In this document: in pieces, positions 57,125 through 64,000 of the stretch | Numbering within the stretch: the first letter of the stretch is position 1 | How the letters are laid out: every line of letters starts with the position of its first letter | Source of the DNA: an uncultured Pseudomonadota bacterium | GTDB taxonomy: Bacteria; Pseudomonadota; Alphaproteobacteria; Rs-D84 | Length of the DNA: 64,000 nt | Assembly (NCBI GenBank): GCA_949290785.1 | Contig: CASETE010000012.1 | Span: 431 to 64,430 of the forward strand | Reading direction: 5' to 3' | Translations under genes and position numbers: made by a program | Notes under the pieces: generated by a model | Seen by the model: the letters and a program-made list of their open reading frames with translations, nothing else | What the model was told of the DNA's origin: nothing | The model's database searches: none

Positions 57125-57842
57125 AACTTATAATCCTTTGGCTGTTTTCATATATTTGTTCAATAATCAAGTTCGCATCTTGACCGCGAACGTCCGCCAA
57201 TTGCTTTGCAACGGTGGGTACCGTCGTTATATCCGCGCCGTCGCTTTCCACCAACATTTTATCCAACGGGGCGGTTGATATGGTTTCTTTTGTTTTATTA
57301 TAACCGCCCTTTAAAATCACAGGCGAATAAGAAAAATATGCATCATAATCATGCAACAAGGTTTGCATAATCGCACTTCCACCATTAAAAGAATGAAATA
57401 TCAATGGCGGATATTTACAAGACACATTACGCAACGTTTGTAACAACCTTGTCCATTCACCAACGCAATGAATATGCACACACCTATCTAACCGAACCGC
57501 CAAATCCAACTGCGCTGACAAACAACGCACCTGCAAATCAATATCGGGTTTATGTTTATCCAACCCTATTTCGCCCAGCATCAAATTCGGATTTTGCACT
57601 AACATGTCATACAATCGCGAAAGCCAATCGCCCGACGCATCACATACATACCACGGATGTATGCCCAAAGCACAATATACGCCCTTGACCTGTCTTGCGA
57701 TTTCTATCAACCCTGTCCAATCTTGCTGGCGCGTCGCGTTACAGACGCACCCAACCACACCGCGTTGCAATGCGTCAGACATCAATTCTTGAACGTTTAT
57801 GACGTCTTGTAAATGACAATGAATGTCTATATATTTCCGCAT
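57108..57842 (-). CDS. TatD family metal-dependent hydrolase
   Basis: IDIHCHL N-terminal HxH, internal HCV...FHSF, and ESDGA. Confidence 0.8.
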   Translation of the reverse strand: MRKYIDIHCHLQDVINVQELMSDALQRGVVGCVCNATRQQDWTGLIEIARQVKGVYCALGIHPWYVCDASGDWLSRLYDMLVQNPNLMLGEIGLDKHKPDIDLQVRCLSAQLDLAVRLDRCVHIHCVGEWTRLLQTLRNVSCKYPPLIFHSFNGGSAIMQTLLHDYDAYFSYSPVILKGGYNKTKETISTAPLDKMLVESDGADITTVPTVAKQLADVRGQDANLIIEQIYENSQRIISYGQTA

Positions 57843-57888
57843 ACATACAGGGTAAAATTTATAAAACTTTTTGCAAGCATAACTTTCA

Positions 57889-59295
57889 TCATCTTGATTT
57901 ATTCATTATGTATAACAACTTTTGCTTTTGTGAAAGACTTGCTTTATACACATCCTTTATATGCTTGTTATGTTGCATCTTTATATAGCCCGGACAAACG
58001 CTTGGCAATTGCAAGTATGATATTTTTTCGTTTTCACATAAAAAACCCGGATTCAATTCCTTCGCGCTTGGCAACTGTAACCGACGTAACTGTTTGTTAC
58101 TGCGCAAGAAACAATTGCCCGTAACCTGTAAACTGTTCGCACTTAACTTTTCCAAAATCTCGTTTTCAGCCATAAACGCAATGTCAGTATACACTAATTT
58201 ATCAAGTATCAAATTCTGAATAGCCTTGTTTTCAAATAAAAAGTACGAACCTACCCTGTTTAAATTACGCGCCATAAAAAAACTTAGATTTTTATTTTTA
58301 GCCATAAAATAATCGCCTATACGTTGTACCGACGGCAAAGATAAATACACAATATCTGTGTTACTTAATAAAAATTTATTGCCAATTTTGGTTACGTTCT
58401 TCGCTTGTAACTTCGCAAGCTTTTTGTTCTTAGACAAAAAGTCGTCAGATATTTCTTTCACACCATTAATACATAACTCTTGCAAATTTTTATTGTTATG
58501 CAGACACCCACCGCCAATAGAAGTAATTTTCGGTACATGCATTTGTTCCATTATTTCATTATCATGCATAAAATTATCGTCTAGGTAACCTAACATCGCC
58601 AACTGCAAATTCTTTACACGCAAATTTGAATATAAGCAATTTTTACCCGCGCTTCGTAACTTTGGCGCATCAAATACAGCCAATTTTTTGTTTTTTTCTA
58701 AAAAGTTGTCTCCGCAAACCTGTAACTTCGGGAAAGATAATTTCTTTAACTGCGTGTTTGAACTTAAAAAATTGTCGCCGGTAAAACGCAAGTTTTGCGC
58801 ATTGAATTTACGAATTTTTATGTTTTTAGATAAAAAATCATCCGCAACATTTACTAAATTTGGCAGAACTAACTGTTCCAAATCCTCATTAGCCGCAAGA
58901 AACGCACCGCTGATGCACCGCAATTTGTCCGCTTCAAAAACCGACAACGCTTTGTTATGTGCCATAAACGAATGACCAATGTTTAATAAATTTGGCGCAC
59001 GAAAGTATTTTATACCGACAGAATCACGCAAAAAATTAAGACCGATATATTGCGTATTCGGTAAAGAAACCCCGACAATTTGATTATCATAAACTTCTAA
59101 GACAACCTTGTTATCTAACATAATAAACAAACTTTTCCTTGTTTTGTCTGTTCTTATGTCTACATGCCCCCTGCTTAACTCTTGATTCATGGTCTCTACA
59201 AATGAGTCTTGATAATTTGCATTGTTTGGATTTTGGCTGATTTTATTCTTTGCTGTATCAAACATAAAATTATCTAACTGTATTTGTAAATCCAT
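57889..59295 (-). CDS. Leucine-rich repeat protein (about 15 x 23-24-aa repeats, BspA/LRR_5-like)
   Basis: Repeat pattern [NK]-L-x2-[IV]-G-x2-F-[LM]-x2-N-x2-L-x2-[FL], e.g. NLVNVADDFLSKNIKIRKFNAQ / NLRFTGDNFLSSNTQLKKLSFP / KLQVCGDNFLEKNKKLAVFDAP. No signal peptide. AT-rich. Confidence 0.75.
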   Translation of the reverse strand: MDLQIQLDNFMFDTAKNKISQNPNNANYQDSFVETMNQELSRGHVDIRTDKTRKSLFIMLDNKVVLEVYDNQIVGVSLPNTQYIGLNFLRDSVGIKYFRAPNLLNIGHSFMAHNKALSVFEADKLRCISGAFLAANEDLEQLVLPNLVNVADDFLSKNIKIRKFNAQNLRFTGDNFLSSNTQLKKLSFPKLQVCGDNFLEKNKKLAVFDAPKLRSAGKNCLYSNLRVKNLQLAMLGYLDDNFMHDNEIMEQMHVPKITSIGGGCLHNNKNLQELCINGVKEISDDFLSKNKKLAKLQAKNVTKIGNKFLLSNTDIVYLSLPSVQRIGDYFMAKNKNLSFFMARNLNRVGSYFLFENKAIQNLILDKLVYTDIAFMAENEILEKLSANSLQVTGNCFLRSNKQLRRLQLPSAKELNPGFLCENEKISYLQLPSVCPGYIKMQHNKHIKDVYKASLSQKQKLLYIMNKSR

Positions 59296-59547
59296 CTTCG
59301 TTCCCTTTTATTAAAACTTATGTCAATATTTCGGTGTTCGTAAAAAAATAAATGTCGTTTTTCTTACCACATTTACAAGCAAGTACCCGTAACCCAAACT
59401 TTGCGCGACACAAAATAAGTCCAAGATATCAGAAATTCTGTTATTTCTAAGTTGTACATGACTTGATTTTTTTACCATGCTTTAACATAGACAATAATGG
59501 CACATTTTGTCAAGCAAGAATTTTTTATGACCAATACCGAAATCAAA

Positions 59548-59572
59548 ATAAAAAACCGCGATTTCCTGCGGT
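59548..59572 (-). terminator. Terminator after tRNA-Lys
   Basis: Minus strand reads accgc-aggaaatc-gcggt followed by tttttt. Confidence 0.6.
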
Positions 59573-59578
59573 TTATCT

Positions 59579-59654
59579 TGGTGGGGACACAGGGACTCGA
59601 ACCCTGGACCCAATGATTAAAAGTCATTTGCTCTACCAACTGAGCTATGTCCCC
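59579..59654 (-). tRNA. tRNA-Lys (TTT)
   Basis: Reverse-complement cloverleaf with acceptor ggggaca/tgtcccc, anticodon stem aatga/tcatt with loop ctTTTaa, T-arm caggg-ttcgagt-ccctg, CCA. Confidence 0.9.
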
Positions 59655-59769
59655 AAAACGGAACCAGAAATAAGAACATTTCTGTTCTTTTTCTGTGGTT
59701 CGGGGGCAATTTTGACATAATTTTTTATGAAATGCAAGCAAAAATAACTCTTTTTGCTTTTTTGTACTT

Positions 59770-60435
59770 TTATAGACCATCCGACACGTCGTCCGGCATA
59801 TCTTTTTCTAAGCCCGCAGACATCGTTGCACTGGCGTCTTGCCATTCTATAACATGCAATATTATATTTCTAACATGCTTAGCAACAATCACTCTATCGC
59901 GATGAAAGTTATGTTCAGTCATCAGATGCAATATCTCGCGACTTAATGCAGACAATATCTGCGTCTGTTCGCTGGTTAATACATTCCCACGGCTGGCGCG
60001 ATATAAAATCTCGTCTATTTCATATCTATACGCCCGCAGATTATTCATTTCTGCACGCGTTATCTTTAAACGTTGCGCTATTTTCTTAATTGACCAATCC
60101 TGCAACTTATTAAAAGTTTCCAGATGTACATTGACTTTTAACCCCAAAGAATGCCGCAAAAAAACGACAATATTCAAAACCACAGAATTCACCTTGTCTG
60201 AAATATTAGTCGCCAAAGTCCTGTTAACTTGTTTTGAAATTCTGTAATTCGTATAGTCATACAGCAAAAAAACAAGCGGTATAGAAAGTAAAGAAGCCGC
60301 AATATTGTCTATTAGCCCGCTGACGTTCGGGTCTTTTACCCTGTCTAGCGATATCAGGAATATAGTTATGCCGCCTATTACAGACAGTAAGTAGGGTATG
60401 GTTTTCAATAAAAGGTTCTTTAACGTTATGCCCAT
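59770..60435 (-). CDS. Hypothetical membrane protein
   Basis: Three N-terminal TM helices, then a soluble helical domain. The track start 60519 is a TTG, so ATG 60435 is used, but the start is uncertain. Confidence 0.55.
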   Translation of the reverse strand: MGITLKNLLLKTIPYLLSVIGGITIFLISLDRVKDPNVSGLIDNIAASLLSIPLVFLLYDYTNYRISKQVNRTLATNISDKVNSVVLNIVVFLRHSLGLKVNVHLETFNKLQDWSIKKIAQRLKITRAEMNNLRAYRYEIDEILYRASRGNVLTSEQTQILSALSREILHLMTEHNFHRDRVIVAKHVRNIILHVIEWQDASATMSAGLEKDMPDDVSDGL

Positions 60436-60558
60436 AATGACATTGTATCTGATTTTACACCCTTCAGCATACAAGAACCGTTTCCTGTTTATAGGTGCAA
60501 CAGCTTGAATTTTTGTCAAAAAATACTATAATTAAATGTGTAAGAATAAGGAACTGTC

Positions 60559-62256
60559 ATGGCAGAGTTTGAGAAATTTATACATGATTTGGCTTTTCAA
60601 TTAAATCTATCACGTATGGATGACGCACAACGTGCAAGATTAGAAGATTATAAAAAAAAGAACACTGCTACAAAAGACCAAAACACTTGGGATCCAAAAG
60701 CCGCCTTGCCAGACCCCACCGCTTCTGAATATGATATAAATACCCCCGACGATTGGCAAAAGCTGTATGAAAATTTTCAAAATGTTTTATATTCTCTTAA
60801 CTCCGAAAGAAAAGGCGCAACAAGGTATCATGAAGATGTTGAAAAATTCATTGATAAGTTTTACGGTCCCGGTAAATGCTTGGCACCGTTTGAAGTTTCT
60901 GCTGAGGTAACAGATATTTTAACAACAGATGTCGCCCGCGATTTCGCAATATATTTAACAAAAATCCGTGCCACTCTGGAGGCAAATGACATACCATCAA
61001 GTTCTACAGATAAATTAATAAAAAAATTAAATGATGGTTCATTTAAAACAGATAAAAAATCATTAGATATATTAAGGGCAGTTTGTGCACGAATAATATA
61101 CGATTATAGCTCACTTCCAGAACCACCACCGATTGCGACTGAAGACATTAACACATTATATGAAAAAAGCGGGCAAGGAAGACCAGCGACAACAGCTGAA
61201 TTGTCTGAGTTTCAAAAAAATTATACAGACCTTGTAAAGGGTATAATAACTAAACCAGAAGTTTTTAATGAATTTTCCGCAAAAGACGACACAAGATTAA
61301 TAAGTTATTCTATTGATCAGGCTTTACGTCAATCTAATTATACAAATCCGGATAGTAAGAATTTTCTGCCACCATTATATAAAGACAGAAAACGTTTGTT
61401 GGATAGGGCTAAAAAGAAAATAAACGATTGGGAAAAAGACTATTTCGGCAGATGGCGGTCTCGCCACGAAAGACATATTTATTCTACGAACGCATCATAT
61501 ATTGTATCTGAAATCATAAATAATAACATACGTCCAATTGATGGTTTAGGGAAAATATTGGATTCCGCAGATAAAATAAAATCTAAATTGGCCCCAAAAG
61601 CAAAGACGGATTTTGATTATTTTGTAAAAACATTAAAAAAACTATCTGAAACAAAAGCTTTTGCAGAAGCAACAAAAGACGGCGATCAAATGCGATATAT
61701 CGTTCAAGAAGTTATAAAAGACGCCGTGCACAACGATAAAGTAAACGAAGCAAAAACTGTACTTGAAACATTGGCAATGGTTAGATATGGTGCCACAACC
61801 TCTTCTGTGCGAGATAAATTACAAGACGCAACCAAGGATTTTGCTATATTTAGCGATAAAAGTTTATCTTTTAACCAAAAAAGCGAGGGTGTACAATTTG
61901 TTACAAACGCCTTTGACAAAACTATAAAAGCCGCCGGTATATTGGCTTTTGAAACCGCTAATTTTGTAAAGAATAAATTAGTAAGACAAAAAGGCGTAAA
62001 ATTCAAGAACGGTACAAAAAGAATAAAAGAATCTATGGGTTCTATTGAATACGCAGACCCAGAAAAACGCAAACAGATGGAAGAACTTTTTGCTTTCTGG
62101 GATTTTGTAAATAGTTCTATATCCAAAGACTATAAAATATTCAGACGGCATTCCAAAGTCCAAAAATCTATGACAAAAACACTTGAAGACGGAACGACAA
62201 GACCGATAGATGAAAAGTTCCGGCAGTTTTATACCGCAAACTCTATCGGGCGATAA
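60559..62256 (+). CDS. Hypothetical 565-aa Lys/Asp-rich helical protein
   Basis: Long uninterrupted ORF with RBS AAGGAA. No motif recognised. Confidence 0.7.
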   Translation: MAEFEKFIHDLAFQLNLSRMDDAQRARLEDYKKKNTATKDQNTWDPKAALPDPTASEYDINTPDDWQKLYENFQNVLYSLNSERKGATRYHEDVEKFIDKFYGPGKCLAPFEVSAEVTDILTTDVARDFAIYLTKIRATLEANDIPSSSTDKLIKKLNDGSFKTDKKSLDILRAVCARIIYDYSSLPEPPPIATEDINTLYEKSGQGRPATTAELSEFQKNYTDLVKGIITKPEVFNEFSAKDDTRLISYSIDQALRQSNYTNPDSKNFLPPLYKDRKRLLDRAKKKINDWEKDYFGRWRSRHERHIYSTNASYIVSEIINNNIRPIDGLGKILDSADKIKSKLAPKAKTDFDYFVKTLKKLSETKAFAEATKDGDQMRYIVQEVIKDAVHNDKVNEAKTVLETLAMVRYGATTSSVRDKLQDATKDFAIFSDKSLSFNQKSEGVQFVTNAFDKTIKAAGILAFETANFVKNKLVRQKGVKFKNGTKRIKESMGSIEYADPEKRKQMEELFAFWDFVNSSISKDYKIFRRHSKVQKSMTKTLEDGTTRPIDEKFRQFYTANSIGR

Positions 62257-62272
62257 TCAATTTATGAACGCT

Positions 62273-62300
62273 TGATTTTTTTGCGGATTTGTGTTATAAT
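62273..62300 (+). promoter_or_regulatory. Sigma70-like promoter TTGATT-16-TATAAT
   Basis: -35 at 62273-62278 and perfect -10 at 62295-62300. Confidence 0.5.
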
Positions 62301-62315
62301 GCTTGTACATTTCAA

Positions 62316-62337
62316 CCGCCGATATCGGCGGCTTTTT
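62316..62337 (+). terminator. Perfect 16-nt palindrome + U-run
   Basis: ccgccgatatcggcgg followed by ctttttt. It lies downstream of the promoter-like element and upstream of ATG 62374. Confidence 0.65.
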
Positions 62338-62373
62338 TAATTTCCAATTTAATCATAAGAAAAGGATTTTTTT

Positions 62374-62958
62374 ATGGCACGAGTACTTCAAATTCGGCGC
62401 GGCACGACCGCACAAAACGATAACTTTACAGGCTTGGCGGGGGAAATAACGTTTGATACAGACGCAAAAACTATTCGCGTTCATGACGGCGAAACGTTGG
62501 GTGGGTTCGCGTTGGCCAAGGCAGATCAACAAACAGGTACATCCGGCGAAACGGGGGGTGCGGATTTTGACATAGACCTGGTCCCCGACGAATTTTGGCA
62601 AAACCTTTTTAACAGATTCGGCCTGCAAGCGTGTAACACATTAACCAGCAGTTTAATAAATATATCCAACGCCGCATCAATTGAATATATCTTTAACACA
62701 GAGAAAACGGCAAAAATTACGCAGGTTTTTTTGGTATGCCAAACGCCAGAAGCAGGATACAGCATAGGCGATGAAGTCGCCGCGTTCGGCATAGAAAATC
62801 GGACCAACCCTGCACCGAACGCCTTTGTGGACACGCTTGGGCTGCACGTAAAACTGATGGTCAACGAGCAATCTTTCTGGGTCAGTCATAAAAGCACGGG
62901 CGCAACGACAAACATAACGCCGGAAAATTGGCGCATTTTATTCAGAGTTTACTGTTGA
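62374..62958 (+). CDS. Protein with phage tail-fibre-type N-terminal domain (Mtd_N / HylP-like)
   Basis: MARVLQIRRGTTAQNDNFTGLAGEITFDTDAKTIRVHDGETLGG matches the [IL]Q[IL]RRGT...L..GE[IL].[FV]DTD....[RK][IV].DG.T.GG motif of tail fibre / major tropism determinant N-termini. Confidence 0.7.
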   Translation: MARVLQIRRGTTAQNDNFTGLAGEITFDTDAKTIRVHDGETLGGFALAKADQQTGTSGETGGADFDIDLVPDEFWQNLFNRFGLQACNTLTSSLINISNAASIEYIFNTEKTAKITQVFLVCQTPEAGYSIGDEVAAFGIENRTNPAPNAFVDTLGLHVKLMVNEQSFWVSHKSTGATTNITPENWRILFRVYC

Positions 62959-63007
62959 AACGCATAAAATCATCTGCTATGCTTACCGCATAGAAAAAGG
63001 GGATATT

Positions 63008-64000
63008 ATGTATATACTTGCTTTGAACTGCGGTTCTTCTTCATTAAAGTATCAAGTTTTTGATGCTGATTCAAAAAAAGCGTTGGTCGGCGGTAACGTT
63101 GAAAAAATCGGTCTGCCAGATTCTTTCATTACCCAGAAGTATCCAGACGGCACGAAACAACGCAAAGAAACAGAAATGAAAAATCATAACGAAGCGCTAA
63201 ACGTTGTGCTGTTTATGTTACGCGAAGCGTCAATTGACATGAATGAAATCAAGGGCGTTGGTCATCGCGTTGTTATGGGCGGCGAAAAATTTGCGTCCTC
63301 GGTTGAAATCACAGACGACGTAATAAAGACAGTTGAAGAATTGTCTTCCATTGCACCGTTGCACAATCCTGCGGCGTTGCTAGGAATCGTAACAGCAAAG
63401 CAATTATTACCAAACGCAACACAAGTTGCCGTATTTGATACTGCATTTCATCAAACAATGCCGGATTACGCGTATCGCTATGCCGTTCCAAACGCTTGGT
63501 ATACGGAATTAGGCGTTCGTAAATACGGCTTTCATGGGACGTCACACCTGTACGTATCCAAGCGCGCTGCAAAAATGCTGAACAAGCCCGCATCTGAATG
63601 CAATTTAATAACGTTGCACATTGGATCTGGCGCGTCTGCGTGTGCGATAAGGAACGGTGTATCTGTTGATACATCTTTGGGTATGACGCCACTGGCTGGA
63701 TTAACGATGGGCACGCGTCCAGGTGACTTGGACCCGGGCATTGTATTATACGTCATGCAAAAACTGGGGCTAAGTGCCGACCAAATGCAAAAGCATCTGA
63801 ACAAAGATTCTGGATTGCTGGGATTGACAGAATGCTTTGCAGATAGACGTGATGTAGAACAAAACAAAGAAACGAATGACAAATGTCGTCTTGCCATTCA
63901 AATGGAGGCGCACAATGTAAAACGTTATATTGGCGCATTTATGGCAGAACTGGGTCATGTTGACGCGTTGGTCTTTACTGCAGGCGTCGGTGAAAACGAC
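63008..64000 (+). CDS. ackA: Acetate kinase (3'-truncated by window edge)
   Basis: Not in the ORF track because it runs off the window. Manual translation gives MYILALNCGSSSLKYQVFDA...GHRVVMGG...PLHNPA...AVFDTAFHQTMP...YGFHGTSH, which are classic AckA motifs. RBS AAAGGGGA. Confidence 0.93.
   Translation, partial: MYILALNCGSSSLKYQVFDADSKKALVGGNVEKIGLPDSFITQKYPDGTKQRKETEMKNHNEALNVVLFMLREASIDMNEIKGVGHRVVMGGEKFASSVEITDDVIKTVEELSSIAPLHNPAALLGIVTAKQLLPNATQVAVFDTAFHQTMPDYAYRYAVPNAWYTELGVRKYGFHGTSHLYVSKRAAKMLNKPASECNLITLHIGSGASACAIRNGVSVDTSLGMTPLAGLTMGTRPGDLDPGIVLYVMQKLGLSADQMQKHLNKDSGLLGLTECFADRRDVEQNKETNDKCRLAIQMEAHNVKRYIGAFMAELGHVDALVFTAGVGEND

Overview
The window is a 64 kb chromosomal segment from a low-GC diderm bacterium. 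BamD, RlpA, several beta-barrel OMPs, a tilS-ftsH pair and the GroEL sequence suggest an alphaproteobacterium, but that taxonomic guess is inference only. About two thirds is housekeeping: lysS, tgt, queA, era, dcd, bamD, murJ, rlpA, htpX, tdk, prmC, ftsH, tilS, groES/groEL, secG, rnc, lepB, comM/yifB, a PBP1A, ligA, fabI, tcdA, tatD and ackA (partial), plus four tRNAs (Gly-GCC, Arg-ACG, Asn-GTT, Lys-TTT). No rRNA and no CRISPR array were seen.

Accessory content sits in five places.
1. A 5.9 kb island (19513-25381) is inserted at the 3' end of tRNA-Arg. It is bounded by an exact 20-bp direct repeat and carries a large serine recombinase plus a lipoprotein / PEGA-beta-barrel surface pair.
2. 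Directly distal to that island (25.4-30.05 kb) is the most unusual feature. Nine small secreted cysteine-rich proteins are organised as three copies of one three-gene cassette (A-I, A-II, B), each with its own promoter and terminator. I do not recognise either protein family.
3. A tRNA-Asn-linked region (51.6-56.0 kb) holds a ~74-bp direct repeat around an AT-rich islet, a YadA-like trimeric autotransporter and a small serine recombinase.
4. A block near tRNA-Lys (57.9-63.0 kb) contains a leucine-rich-repeat protein, orphan proteins and a phage tail-fibre-like N-terminal-domain protein.
5. At the left edge, a truncated secreted protein is built from eukaryote-like CxxC/GYY cysteine repeats. 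The ORF track misses it because it runs off the window.

All family assignments come from motif recognition by eye; no database search was possible.
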